A DNA stretch of 64,000 bases from Bacteroidota bacterium (GTDB lineage: Bacteria > Bacteroidota > Bacteroidia > M30B66): positions 140,927-204,926 of the forward strand of contig JAIXUS010000005.1 in the NCBI GenBank assembly GCA_027483445.1, read 5' to 3'. Numbering within the stretch: the first letter of the stretch is position 1; each line of letters begins with the position of its first letter. A program made the translations under genes and the position numbers. This document shows positions 28,534 to 38,709 of the stretch, in pieces. The notes beneath the pieces were generated by a model that saw only the letters and a list, made by a program, of their open reading frames with translations, was not told where the DNA came from and searched no databases.

Positions 28534-29052
28534 TCAGGGTTCTGTTTTTACATTCACAAAACCACCATTAGTGATTCTGATGTTGGAAACTAATCCAGTG
28601 TTTGGATTGATAAAATCGCCTTCAAATTCAAAGCCTCCAGACACCGTAATAATGCTGTTGGTTACGTAGTAGTCTGAAATCACAATTTTACCACTATCGG
28701 ATTTGAAAATACGGTCTGAGGCATCGATGTATCTACAGCGAATCAGTGTATCCGGGTTTGGCAAATCATAGGTACCTAGCTCGGTTCCGAAAAATTGAAT
28801 AACAACCGTACTGTTGTCTGACCTGGCAAGAGAAACAACATTTTTAACTCGCCCGTTTTCAGGAGTGGAGGTAAATGTAGCACGGGTAAATGTGGTATAG
28901 GAGCCGTTTACATCAGCCGAGCCGAAGATTGTTGGTGGTGGTTCCGGTTCAGTTTCTTCTTCGCAGGCACTGAAACTTACTAAGGCCACGATTAAAATTA
29001 TCCAAGAAAAACTATGCATCCAAGAGCGATTTGAAAACTTACCTGCGAACAT
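28534..29052 (-). CDS. Hypothetical lipoprotein
   Basis: The internal start MFAGKFSNRSWMHSFSWIILIVALVSFSAC gives an n-region, h-region and lipobox Cys. The acidic linker EEETEPEPPP follows. No family is recognised. Confidence 0.45.
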   Translation of the reverse strand: MFAGKFSNRSWMHSFSWIILIVALVSFSACEEETEPEPPPTIFGSADVNGSYTTFTRATFTSTPENGRVKNVVSLARSDNSTVVIQFFGTELGTYDLPNPDTLIRCRYIDASDRIFKSDSGKIVISDYYVTNSIITVSGGFEFEGDFINPNTGLVSNIRITNGGFVNVKTEP

Positions 29053-29166
29053 GTACGAAGCATTATTTTGGGATTGTAAATATAGGCATCTCCGTTTAGT
29101 TCTGCAAACAAAGCCCATTTACCATGTGATTGCCTCACACAGCGATGAATTCACTAGGTTTGCAGC

Positions 29167-30201
29167 ATGTTTTTTTCTGAAAGCCAGACGCAGGAAATCC
29201 GCGAATTACTGCTTAAGGCCAACACTGTTGTTTTGGTTTCGCACCGCAATCCCGATGGCGATGCATTGGGCTCTACACTCGGATTGAAATCGATATTTGA
29301 TCGGCATTTTTCATTTAAAACCCAGGTGATTGTTCCCGATGAACGGCCTGATTTTCTCGCGTATTTGCCCGGATTTACTGAAGTTTTGGTTTTCGACAAA
29401 GAAACGCAGCAAGCAACTGAGGCCATCCTTAATTGTGATGTCTTGTTTTGCCTCGACTTTAATCATCCGGGAAGGGTAGGCGATATGGAAGATGTGTTGA
29501 GGGCTCGGGCAAGTTTAAGGCCTGATTCGGGTATCATGATCGACCACCATCAACAACCTGAAGCGTTCATAACCTATATTGGGTCTGACACTTCGGCCAG
29601 TTCGACGTCGGAAATGGTTTATACATTTTCACAGATGCTTGGTTTTGAGTCCATTCCGACCAAGGAAACAGCCATGTGTTTGTATACCGGTATTATGACC
29701 GATACGGGGTCTTTCCGCTTCAGTGCTACAAGTCCTGCCACTCATCGTATTGCCGCTAATCTGCTGGCCTCAGGTTTGGAACATTGGAAAATTCATGAAC
29801 ATCTTTTTAATCAGAACAAACTGTCTAAACTACAGCTTTGGGGCGAAGTGTTTAGCCGTCACCTTTCTCAGCTTCAGGAATTTGGGGTTAGTTATATGGT
29901 TGCTGATGGCGAATTACTTCAACGGCATCACTATGAAGAAGGTGACTTAGAAGGGCTTGTAAATTTTGCACTTAGCTTAAAAGGAACAACAATGGCGGCA
30001 ATATTTAGCGAACGAAAAGGGAAAATCAGAATTTCGTTCCGTTCTGTAGGGACATTCTCGGTCAACGCCTTTGCCCGTGAGCATTTTAATGGCGGCGGAC
30101 ATGAAAATGCGGCGGGTGGTAGCTTTGAAGGTAGTATTCAGGAAGCCGTTCAGCACTTTTTAAGCATTCTCCCTTCTTACAAATCTCAGTTAAAATCATG
30201 A
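29167..30201 (+). CDS. nrnA: DHH-family bifunctional oligoribonuclease / pAp phosphatase NrnA
   Basis: DHH motif block VLVSHRNPDGDALGS and DHHA1-like C-terminus (GGGHENAAGG). Confidence 0.8.
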   Translation: MFFSESQTQEIRELLLKANTVVLVSHRNPDGDALGSTLGLKSIFDRHFSFKTQVIVPDERPDFLAYLPGFTEVLVFDKETQQATEAILNCDVLFCLDFNHPGRVGDMEDVLRARASLRPDSGIMIDHHQQPEAFITYIGSDTSASSTSEMVYTFSQMLGFESIPTKETAMCLYTGIMTDTGSFRFSATSPATHRIAANLLASGLEHWKIHEHLFNQNKLSKLQLWGEVFSRHLSQLQEFGVSYMVADGELLQRHHYEEGDLEGLVNFALSLKGTTMAAIFSERKGKIRISFRSVGTFSVNAFAREHFNGGGHENAAGGSFEGSIQEAVQHFLSILPSYKSQLKS

Positions 30202-30740
30202 AAGGAATCAATTGCATCTGGGTACTTGCTTGTTTATTCTTTGTTGGTTCTTTACTAGAATCCTGCAGGAATCGTCCTGATGATAAGCGATCTCTGGAAC
30301 AATCGCAATTGCATGAACCGTTGATTCGGGTAAATCAGAATCTGGCCCGGAAAGAAAGTGAGGACATCGACAGTTACCAACGTCGTTATCAACTTGATAT
30401 GCAAAGAACCGGCACAGGATTACGTTATCACATTTACACAAAAGGCGCAGAGCCGCTGGCTGATGCCGAAGATTTAGCCACAGTGAATTTCAAGGTGTTT
30501 TTGTTGGATGGCACATTGTGCTACAGCTCTGATTCGACTGGTTCAGAAACATTTACAGTTGATCGGGATGACGTAGAAAGCGGTTTGCACGAAGGCATCA
30601 AAATGCTTGGGAAAGGCGGTAAAGCCAAATTTATTTTACCTTCGCACCTCGCTCATGGACTGATGGGAGATGACGCAAAAATCCCCTCCAGAAGCCCTGT
30701 AGTGTACGACATTGAATTGATAGCCCTGAAAAAGAGATGA
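30198..30740 (+). CDS. FKBP-type peptidyl-prolyl cis-trans isomerase (lipoprotein-like), 1 of 4 tandem
   Basis: The C-terminal FKBP fold ends ...PVVYDIELIALK. Signal peptide plus Cys. It overlaps the nrnA stop by 4 nt. Confidence 0.7.
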   Translation: MKGINCIWVLACLFFVGSLLESCRNRPDDKRSLEQSQLHEPLIRVNQNLARKESEDIDSYQRRYQLDMQRTGTGLRYHIYTKGAEPLADAEDLATVNFKVFLLDGTLCYSSDSTGSETFTVDRDDVESGLHEGIKMLGKGGKAKFILPSHLAHGLMGDDAKIPSRSPVVYDIELIALKKR

Positions 30741-31672
30741 TCCTGATCAAAAAGATGAATTTGCTCAAAGCATTTGCCGCTTTGCTATTACTGGCGGCCT
30801 GTTCAAAAAGTAAGCATGATGGTTTTGAAGTAACTGAAACCGGATTGCATTTCGCACTTCACAAGCACGACGATAAAGCCAAGAAACCCAAAAAAGGCGA
30901 TATTCTGTTTTGTAATATGAGGCTTTGGTTGATGGGTAAAGAAGGAAAAAAAGACTCATTGATGTATTCATCAGAGGAGGCTCCGGATTATGATGAAAGC
31001 ATCAAGTTTATCGAATTGATGGATCCGAAACACAAGGGCGATCTTATGGAAGGTCTTTCGATGTTGCATCTTGGCGACAGTGCTTCGTTTATTGTATCGG
31101 CCGATTCGTTTTTTTTAGTGGCCAATCAATTAAAGGAGTTGCCTCCTGGTGTTAAAACCGGTGATGAACTTTTGTTTGATTTCGTAATTCGGGATTTTAA
31201 ATCTTTAGAGGAGACCAAGACCCTGATTGCTGGTTTGAGAGCCAAAATGTCGGCCGAGCAAAAGGTGGAAATGGATGCATTGCGCGACAATGAACAATCG
31301 CGCATTGCTGAGTATTTAGACAGGAAGGGAATCAAGGAAAAACCGACTTCGAGTGGATTGATCTATGTTGAAAAGGATAAAGGTAAGGGTCCCAAAGCCA
31401 AGAAAGGACAAGTTGTTACGCTCCAATACACAGGTTATCTTTTAAATGGGAAGAAATTCGATTCCAGTTTTGATCATGGGCAGCCTTTCTCCTTTACGTT
31501 AGGAAACGGGGAGGTGATTGCCGGTTGGGATGAAGGAGTTTCAATGATGAATGTAGGGACGTCTGCAATGTTTATCATTCCATCGGTATTGGCTTATGGT
31601 TCTAATGGGTCCGGGGAAATTCCTCCGTACTCACCATTGGTTTTTGAAGTACAATTAATGAAAGCTGAGTAA
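30737..31672 (+). CDS. FKBP-type peptidyl-prolyl cis-trans isomerase, 2 of 4 tandem
   Basis: Canonical FKBP C-terminal domain [45 protein letters not shown]...[11 protein letters not shown]. Confidence 0.85.
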   Translation: MILIKKMNLLKAFAALLLLAACSKSKHDGFEVTETGLHFALHKHDDKAKKPKKGDILFCNMRLWLMGKEGKKDSLMYSSEEAPDYDESIKFIELMDPKHKGDLMEGLSMLHLGDSASFIVSADSFFLVANQLKELPPGVKTGDELLFDFVIRDFKSLEETKTLIAGLRAKMSAEQKVEMDALRDNEQSRIAEYLDRKGIKEKPTSSGLIYVEKDKGKGPKAKKGQVVTLQYTGYLLNGKKFDSSFDHGQPFSFTLGNGEVIAGWDEGVSMMNVGTSAMFIIPSVLAYGSNGSGEIPPYSPLVFEVQLMKAE

Positions 31673-31674
31673 TC

Positions 31675-32595
31675 ATGAAAAAATGGATTTTTTGCCTCTC
31701 ATTTGCGCTGGGCGCGATGACTGTTTTGGCTCAAGGTACTGCGCCTGCTGTTAACCGCGCCGAATTTAAAGAGTTGCAGAAAGGTATTTCTTGGCGTAAG
31801 ATAAAAAGTGGAAAAACCAGTGTTAAGCCTCAAGAAGGAGATGTGTTGCTGATGTATGTCAGTTATTACCGGCATCGTAAAGGAAGCAGCACCGACTCTT
31901 TGTTGTTTAGCTCCGGTAACAACCCCAACGATAAAGCCTTGAAGCTGATATTGCCCAAACCTACGTTTCAGTCAGACGTAATTGCCGGTTTGTATCAAAT
32001 GGAAGCCGGTGATAGCGCCCAGTTTATTGTACCCGGTGATTCTTTCCTTTTAATGTCGGCCGGATTTAGAGAACTTCCCGAGCACTATAAAGCCGGTGAT
32101 GAAATTTTGTTTTGTGCAGGTTTGCTGAAAATCACACCTAAGGCTGAAGCAGAAGCCATCCGTAAAATTGAACTTGAAAAACAAAAGCAAGAAATGCAAC
32201 AGAAAGCAGAAGCCGAGAAATCACTAATGCAGGCTTACATTACAGAAAAAGGAATTAAAACAACACCACAGGCCAGCGGTCTCATTTATGTCCAAAAATC
32301 TCCCGGATCTGGCGAAAAGCCAAAGAAAGGGCAGAAAGTTACTGTACACTACACCGGTTACTTGCTCAATGGCACTAAGTTCGATTCTAGTGTTGACCGT
32401 GGTCAGCCTTTTGTGTTTGAACTAGGGCGAGGGCAAGTAATTGCAGGTTGGGACGAAGGGATTTCATTAATGCAGCCCGGCGAAAAAGCACAACTGATTA
32501 TTCCATCAAATCTTGGTTACGGTGGCCGAAGTATGGGGCCAATTCCAGCACATTCTACCTTGGTTTTTGATGTAGAGCTCATCAAAGCTGAGTAA
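31675..32595 (+). CDS. FKBP-type peptidyl-prolyl cis-trans isomerase, 3 of 4 tandem
   Basis: [45 protein letters not shown]...[11 protein letters not shown]. Same architecture as the preceding gene. Confidence 0.85.
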   Translation: MKKWIFCLSFALGAMTVLAQGTAPAVNRAEFKELQKGISWRKIKSGKTSVKPQEGDVLLMYVSYYRHRKGSSTDSLLFSSGNNPNDKALKLILPKPTFQSDVIAGLYQMEAGDSAQFIVPGDSFLLMSAGFRELPEHYKAGDEILFCAGLLKITPKAEAEAIRKIELEKQKQEMQQKAEAEKSLMQAYITEKGIKTTPQASGLIYVQKSPGSGEKPKKGQKVTVHYTGYLLNGTKFDSSVDRGQPFVFELGRGQVIAGWDEGISLMQPGEKAQLIIPSNLGYGGRSMGPIPAHSTLVFDVELIKAE

Positions 32596-32640
32596 CTGCT
32601 GCTTTATTCACGTTGCATTAACCCTTTATTAGTTAACGGT

Positions 32641-33447
32641 ATGTTTAGAAATCTTGTTTTTTGTCTGGTTGCTGCATTGGTCAACTTATCCTACGGCGTT
32701 GCTCAATCGGCTGTAAAACTGAAGTTGAACGAGGAATATGCCGCTGCCAATGGTTTGAAAATCACCTTGCTGAAAACAGGAAAGGGGAAGTCACTTGCAA
32801 AAGGCGATAAGGTGAAAGTGCATTACAAGGGTGAATTGGTGGATGGCCGCCCGTTCGACAGCTCCATTGAGCGCAACCAACCCTTTGAGTTTGTGATGGG
32901 CATGAACCAAGTAATTGCTGGTTGGGACCAAGCCCTGCTGTTATTGAAGACAGGCGATAAGGCTAAACTTTTGATACCTCCCGACTTAGGTTACGGCGAT
33001 ACGCCAATGCCTAAAATTCCGGCAGGCTCTTATTTGGTTTTCGAGGTGGAAGTTTTGGATGTGATTAAAGACTTTGCCCCTAAACAGTTCATTACAAAAG
33101 GAAAGAAAACAGAAACATCTGCTTCCGGTTTGGAGTATTGTATATTGGAAAAAGGCAGTGGTGCCAAGGCTGAGCGCGGTAAAACGGTTGAAGTACACTA
33201 TACAGGTTTTTTGGAAAATGGAGACATCTTCGACTCTTCTGTTTTGAAAGGTCAACCGATTTCTTTTCGCCTTGGTGTTGGAATGGTTATTCCCGGTTGG
33301 GATGAAGGCTTAACGTATCTAAATGCCGGCGGAAAAGCCTTACTGTCAATCCCCTATAATCTGGCGTATGGTGAAACCGGTCGTCCTCCACTTATTCCGC
33401 CAAAAGCACGCCTTATCTTCAACGTAGAGCTGATTAGCGTTAAATAG
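32641..33447 (+). CDS. FKBP-type peptidyl-prolyl cis-trans isomerase with two FKBP domains, 4 of 4 tandem
   Basis: Two FKBP modules: KVKVHYKGELVDGRPFDSS...VIAGWDQAL and TVEVHYTGFLENGDIFDSS...VIPGWDEGL. Confidence 0.85.
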   Translation: MFRNLVFCLVAALVNLSYGVAQSAVKLKLNEEYAAANGLKITLLKTGKGKSLAKGDKVKVHYKGELVDGRPFDSSIERNQPFEFVMGMNQVIAGWDQALLLLKTGDKAKLLIPPDLGYGDTPMPKIPAGSYLVFEVEVLDVIKDFAPKQFITKGKKTETSASGLEYCILEKGSGAKAERGKTVEVHYTGFLENGDIFDSSVLKGQPISFRLGVGMVIPGWDEGLTYLNAGGKALLSIPYNLAYGETGRPPLIPPKARLIFNVELISVK

Positions 33448-34056
33448 GGCTTACTGAAAAGCACTTAATAGCTTTATTTTTAACATTTTAGCCCCTGTTT
33501 GAATGAGGCTTAATGCATGGATTTTTAGTCTAGCTTTTGAAAATCCATGAAGTCCTGAATTCATGAAGTTTGATTATTCGTTAGCCACAAATGCAGCATC
33601 TGTTTCGTTGCCCGAGCCTAGCACTATTCAATATACAGCTTCGCCTAGTCGCGTTGCATCTGCCGCATTTCTGACTTTTTCAGTAAGCTCTAAGTAAGGC
33701 TTGACTGTTTTAGGGCAAAGTATCGAGTTAAGCTCGGTTCCATGTAATCTGTGGTAGCATTAAACTTGTAACTGCTTTTTTTACTAAAGCGGTTTTTTGA
33801 AAGCAATCACTCACCATTGTGTTGGCAGACTCTGAAATGCTGAAGGTTCATGTTTACAGGACGAAACTGTGCATTACTTAAAACTGCAAGAAACGAAGCA
33901 GACCTACTTTTCCAGCCAAAAAATTTTGAGCTTTACATTTTCAGAATTGCACAGATTTTTTCGAAAGCAATGCAGAAGTGCTATGTGTAATCTCCCGGGT
34001 CAACAAAGCTTAAAGTAATTTGAATGCAGCAAATAAGCGCTATTCGGGAGGCTCTG

Positions 34057-34413
34057 TTACAATTCAACGTTCAAGTCGACCATTACTTTTTGAAGTACGC
34101 CTTCCAATTTGTCCATTAAGGCCGGAAGCTCATCGATATTGCTCGACTCTTTAGCGTATCGTTCGATGGTGCGAATATCTTCCCGAAGCAATTCGATACC
34201 CATTGTATCGATAGATGGCTTGATTTTATGGGCCACAGCACCGAGCTCTTTCCAGTTGGAGTCGTTTAGATGTTGCCTCATTTCCGCTAGGGCAGGTGGC
34301 ATGGTGTCGATGAAAAGCCTCACCATTTTTTTAACGAAATCGGTGTTCCCGTGAGCAATTTCGTGAATCAACTTTAAATCGTATAGTTGGCCTTCGGGGA
34401 TGCTAAAACTCAT
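34057..34413 (-). CDS. Standalone Hpt (histidine-containing phosphotransfer) domain protein
   Basis: 118 aa all-helical protein with the AVAHKIKPS block containing the phospho-accepting His. Co-oriented with and 30 bp downstream of the ClC gene. Confidence 0.65.
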   Translation of the reverse strand: MSFSIPEGQLYDLKLIHEIAHGNTDFVKKMVRLFIDTMPPALAEMRQHLNDSNWKELGAVAHKIKPSIDTMGIELLREDIRTIERYAKESSNIDELPALMDKLEGVLQKVMVDLNVEL

Positions 34414-34443
34414 GTTCGGGGTGTTTAGACAAAGGTAGTTTTT

Positions 34444-36240
34444 TCAGCTTAGTTCTCTTGATTGCCGGATTAATTTGTGGCGGTAGGATTCCAAAAGTTC
34501 TGATTTAAATACGAACCCTTTGAATTGTGGCCCGTCAAAAACCGGCAAACATTCTTCTCCTTCTATCTCAAATTTGTGGAATGCCGATTCAGCAGTATCG
34601 TTCCAGCGTATCGTTTGAGAAGGGAAAAACATAAATTCACTAACGTTTTTTGTTTCGTAAAGTTCCACCCGGAATAGCAAATCTCGAATACGGTCTAATT
34701 CGACCATACCCTGAAAATGTTTTTCAGGACCTATCACAGGATAATGGTTGATATGAGATTGCTCAACAATTTTCACCAAATCGCCAAGGGGCATATCGGG
34801 ACGGAGGGTGTATTCAGGTTTTCGAATGAGTTTTTTTAAACGAATTGCGCGCATCACGGCGCTGTCTTTTTGGTGTGTTCCAACAATTCCTTTTCGGGCC
34901 AAACGGTTTGTGTAAACGGAATAAGGTTCGAGTAAGCGCGATACAAAAAAGGCCGAGGCCGATACAATCATCAAGGGAACGAACAGGTTGTAACCTCCGG
35001 TGATCTCAGCGATGAGAAATATTCCGGTTAGTGGAGCATGAACAACGCCGGAAAGCACTCCGGCCATGGCCGTGGCAACAAAAGAGGCAATGGGCAAAGC
35101 CACGATTCCGGTTGAGTTTAATCCGAAACTAAAGGTAAAGCCAAGCAGCGAGCCGGTGAAAAGCGAAGGGGCAAAGATTCCCCCATTTCCACCGGAAGCA
35201 ATGGTTAAAGAAGTGGCCACAACCTTCATAAACACTGTTGCCCCGGCCAACAGAATAATCATCATTCCACTGTCGCCCAGTTCTCCAAACAAGCTGTTCC
35301 GCAAAAGCAGGGTGTATTCGCCGTTAAGTAAGGCCTGAATTAATGTATAACCCTCGCCGTAAAGTGTAGGGAGAAGAAAAATTAATCCGCCCAATAGGGC
35401 GCCACCGCCTAAGGCTTTGCGATAATTACTTTTCCAGCGTTTGAAACGACCTTCGATGAGCAGAGTACTCCGCGTCATGTACACCGAAACGAGTCCGCAA
35501 GCAAGCCCAAGTAAGGTGTAAAAGGGAAGCTGACCAACGGTCCAGTTGTCGGTGATTAAGTAAAACAAGCGGTCGGAGAAGAAAAACCGTGAAACTACTG
35601 CAGCTGTGGCCGACGAAAGCAAAAGAGGGATGAATGCCGGCACGCTAAAGCCTTCCAGGAGGACTTCAAAAGCGAAGATTACCCCGGCAATCGGGCAGTT
35701 GAAAACGGCTGAAATCCCCGCGGCAGCGCCACAACCTAAAAGCAGCGTTCTTTCCCGGTAATTCAGATGGGCCAGAATACCCAGGTTGGAGCCAATGGCC
35801 GAACCGGTAACTACAATTGGGGCTTCCAATCCGGCCGAACCGCCAAAACCAGCGGTAACGCCGCTGGTGAGGACATGCGACCAGGTTTTATGTTGCTCGA
35901 TTTTTGAGCCTTTCCGGGCGATGTTCTCAATAATCGGACTGAGCCCACGCCCCAGTTGGCCCTTGAGCAATCGCTTAACCAGCACAGCAGTGAGCAAAAT
36001 GCCCAACATGGGGAAAATGAAGTAAAGCGTGGTGTGGTAAGGAAAGTGCACCCGGTATTGGAGGTAGTCTTGGATGAAGTGCACCAGATTTTTGAGCAAA
36101 ATGGCCGCAAACCCACATACCAATCCTGTAAACACGCTCAGTCCAAGAAGAAAATTGCGTTTACTCACATTGCGGATTCTCCATTTCAGAAATTGAAAAC
36201 GCAATCCGTTAAAGGCATGAAAAACATCAGCATGCTTCAC
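34444..36240 (-). CDS. ClC family voltage-gated chloride channel / H+-Cl- antiporter with C-terminal CBS domains
   Basis: Selectivity-filter blocks GSAGLEAPIV, GGIFAPSLFTG and GVLSGVVHAPLTG. About 600 aa with a cytoplasmic CBS pair. Confidence 0.85.
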   Translation of the reverse strand: MKHADVFHAFNGLRFQFLKWRIRNVSKRNFLLGLSVFTGLVCGFAAILLKNLVHFIQDYLQYRVHFPYHTTLYFIFPMLGILLTAVLVKRLLKGQLGRGLSPIIENIARKGSKIEQHKTWSHVLTSGVTAGFGGSAGLEAPIVVTGSAIGSNLGILAHLNYRERTLLLGCGAAAGISAVFNCPIAGVIFAFEVLLEGFSVPAFIPLLLSSATAAVVSRFFFSDRLFYLITDNWTVGQLPFYTLLGLACGLVSVYMTRSTLLIEGRFKRWKSNYRKALGGGALLGGLIFLLPTLYGEGYTLIQALLNGEYTLLLRNSLFGELGDSGMMIILLAGATVFMKVVATSLTIASGGNGGIFAPSLFTGSLLGFTFSFGLNSTGIVALPIASFVATAMAGVLSGVVHAPLTGIFLIAEITGGYNLFVPLMIVSASAFFVSRLLEPYSVYTNRLARKGIVGTHQKDSAVMRAIRLKKLIRKPEYTLRPDMPLGDLVKIVEQSHINHYPVIGPEKHFQGMVELDRIRDLLFRVELYETKNVSEFMFFPSQTIRWNDTAESAFHKFEIEGEECLPVFDGPQFKGFVFKSELLESYRHKLIRQSRELS

Positions 36241-36298
36241 GCCTTAAATCTACGCACTTAACCTTAAACTCTACTTCGGCTTTTCAAAGGCCCTATGC

Positions 36299-38605
36299 TT
36301 ATTCTTTCCACTTGAGGCGCAATCCTAAGGTAATTGTTCGGGGTCGAAGCGGACCATAAACATAGCCCGGGTCTCTGGAAAAACCCGTGTCCAGGTCGCG
36401 TTGAAATTGGTTGAAAAGATTGTTTACGCCTCCATCAACCTCGAGATTCCAGTGTTTACTGAGGTTAAAACTCTTCATGAGACGGAGGCTTGCATCCCAG
36501 AAATCGGGTGTTGATTTCAATTCGATGAATCCGGTTTCTGTATTTGTCATGTGGGCCATAAGCATGCTTCCGGTATACACCAGAGAAGCAGCAGCATACC
36601 ACGATTTACCCAAATAAAATGCACTTTGGAGATAACCATACACCGCTGGTGTTCGGAGTAACTGATTGGTTGTTAGCGTGTTTTGTTCGTCTTCAAAAAT
36701 GGTTTCCGCCTCCCGAAACAGGGCTTGTTGTAGGGTAAGTCCGGCCTGAAGGCTATGGTTTTGCTTTTTCACTCTGGCCTCCGCATTGATTCCGCTCACC
36801 AAAGCTCCGCTGCCATTGCGTTTTTCCATAATAAGCACATTGCCCGATTGTTCCACCGGACCTTCAATCACAAAAGGATTCCTCAGTTGCGTGTGAAAAG
36901 CGCTAATGGTGTAACGTTGCGACCAGCCCATGTATTCCTGATTGTATTCGGCACCAATACTTTGGCTTAATGAGCGTTCTGTTCGAAGGTTTTCGGCCAT
37001 TCTGATAAAGCGGAGATTGCTACCGGCCAGGTCGATGTGTAAATCTTCGTCGAACACCTGCGGGCCTCTAAACCCTGTGGTAAGTTGATACCTCAAGCTC
37101 AGTTTTTCTGTGAGCCCTTGCCTTATGGAAGCCCGAATGTTTGGAATCCAAAGGCTTCGCCGATGGCTAAACGTGTTCTCAGGGAAACGAAAATCGCCGC
37201 GAATGTCTTGATAATCCATTCTGAAACCTGCGCTGATATTGGTTTTGGAGGCCGGCTGAAACGCGTATTGGATGTAAGTTCCTGAGCTGAGGCTCTGTTG
37301 CTCGAGGCTGCGGATTTGTCCGCGGAATTCGTCTCTCAATCCTTGAATTAAACTCTCGTTGCCCAGCAATAGGCGTCCGTTCCAGCGTTTTAGGTGTTGC
37401 ACCACTTGCAGCCCAAGTACACCGTTGTAATCGCTGGAGAAGCCGTATTGCGAAAGCGGATCGGGATGCGTTGAGCCTCCGTAGTACGAATCCCTAAGCA
37501 CGCGTTGAAAGGCAGAATAAACATCCAATTTTCTTCTACTGTTGCGGCTTTGTAACGAGTAACTCAGATCGGCCCCTGCAATTCGGTGAGCAATCCATTC
37601 TGCAATTTCGCTTTGGTGAGGCGCAAGGAAAAGCGTGCTGCCTCCCCGGCGCTCGTCTTGTATATATCTGGCCGAACCACTCAATTTTGAGCGAGAGCCC
37701 AGCTCATGGAAAAATTGAAGGCCAGATGTATGGCTTTGAAGCCGTGTGATTTCTGTAAACCCATCGTTGTGAATGTCCCATGGATTGCGGTATCGATAGG
37801 CCGAAAAGCCCTGCAATCCGGTGGTTCGCTTTTTATTGACCCACGACCCTGATGCGTAGCCATAGGTGTCGGGTGAATTTAAACCTATGCGCGACTGCTG
37901 TAATCCGGCTTCGAATGACTTTCCGGTGGGTGTTGTGGTGATGATATTTACCGTACCGGCGATAGCATTTCCGCCAAACAAGACCGATCCGCCGCCCTGA
38001 ACAACCTCGATTTGCTCAATCATGGCCGGTGGAATTTGTTCCAGACCGTAAACCGCAGCAAGGGCCGAATAAACAGGGCGACTGTTGATGAGAATTTGGG
38101 TGTAGGCCGGTGGCAGTCCATTTAAACGAACTCCAACAAAACCGCAGTTTTGGCAGTTGTTTTCGACTTGTAATCCCGGACTGAATCGAAGCCCATCGGC
38201 GAGGCTGTTACTTTGGGTTTGCTCAAAAGTTGCGCGGTTAATTACCGAGATGTTTACCGGCGATTCTCTCAGCAGCACGGGTTCTCGGTCGGAGCTCACC
38301 ACAAAAACGGGGAGTTCGGCGGAGGCTGAGCGTAAAACAATGCTTAGGTTATTCTGAACATCAGAAGCAGGAATTTGCTTCATGGCATACCCAATGGCCG
38401 CAATTTCGAGGGTATCGTTTGCCAACCCGGATGGGCTAAGTTGAAAACGGCCAAGACTGTCGGCAAGTGCTCCTGAACTTTGTTTCTTCCAGGCCAACGT
38501 TGCAAATGGGATCGCCTGGCCTTTCGCATCTTGCACGCTGCCCCGAATTTGCGACCAACAGTTAAGGCTGAACGTGAAGAAAATTAAAAGAATGAGCAAT
38601 CGCAT
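36299..38605 (-). CDS. TonB-dependent outer-membrane receptor with N-terminal carboxypeptidase-regulatory-like domain
   Basis: Plug domain blocks (ISVINRATFEQTQSNSLADGLRFSPGLQV...CGFVGVRLNGL) and a beta-barrel ending in aromatic-rich strands. Confidence 0.85.
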   Translation of the reverse strand: MRLLILLIFFTFSLNCWSQIRGSVQDAKGQAIPFATLAWKKQSSGALADSLGRFQLSPSGLANDTLEIAAIGYAMKQIPASDVQNNLSIVLRSASAELPVFVVSSDREPVLLRESPVNISVINRATFEQTQSNSLADGLRFSPGLQVENNCQNCGFVGVRLNGLPPAYTQILINSRPVYSALAAVYGLEQIPPAMIEQIEVVQGGGSVLFGGNAIAGTVNIITTTPTGKSFEAGLQQSRIGLNSPDTYGYASGSWVNKKRTTGLQGFSAYRYRNPWDIHNDGFTEITRLQSHTSGLQFFHELGSRSKLSGSARYIQDERRGGSTLFLAPHQSEIAEWIAHRIAGADLSYSLQSRNSRRKLDVYSAFQRVLRDSYYGGSTHPDPLSQYGFSSDYNGVLGLQVVQHLKRWNGRLLLGNESLIQGLRDEFRGQIRSLEQQSLSSGTYIQYAFQPASKTNISAGFRMDYQDIRGDFRFPENTFSHRRSLWIPNIRASIRQGLTEKLSLRYQLTTGFRGPQVFDEDLHIDLAGSNLRFIRMAENLRTERSLSQSIGAEYNQEYMGWSQRYTISAFHTQLRNPFVIEGPVEQSGNVLIMEKRNGSGALVSGINAEARVKKQNHSLQAGLTLQQALFREAETIFEDEQNTLTTNQLLRTPAVYGYLQSAFYLGKSWYAAASLVYTGSMLMAHMTNTETGFIELKSTPDFWDASLRLMKSFNLSKHWNLEVDGGVNNLFNQFQRDLDTGFSRDPGYVYGPLRPRTITLGLRLKWKE

Positions 38606-38664
38606 AGTTCTAACTTTTCGGGGTTCAAAAATAATATTTAGATGAATCTAAAAATAATATTCAG

Positions 38665-38692
38665 GCATAAAAAAAACGGCCGAAGCCGTTCT
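38665..38692 (-). terminator. Rho-independent terminator (minus strand) after the LOG-family gene
   Basis: Minus-strand sequence AACGGC-ttcg-GCCGTT followed by TTTTTTTT. Confidence 0.75.
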
Positions 38693-38709
38693 CTCAATTT
38701 TTATCGCCG

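Noticed and set aside
36241-36298. Possible fluoride (crcB-motif) riboswitch upstream of the ClC channel gene
   Set aside because: The 58-bp leader (minus-strand reading) shows none of the conserved crcB-motif blocks. The channel has CBS domains and is longer than typical CLC-F proteins.
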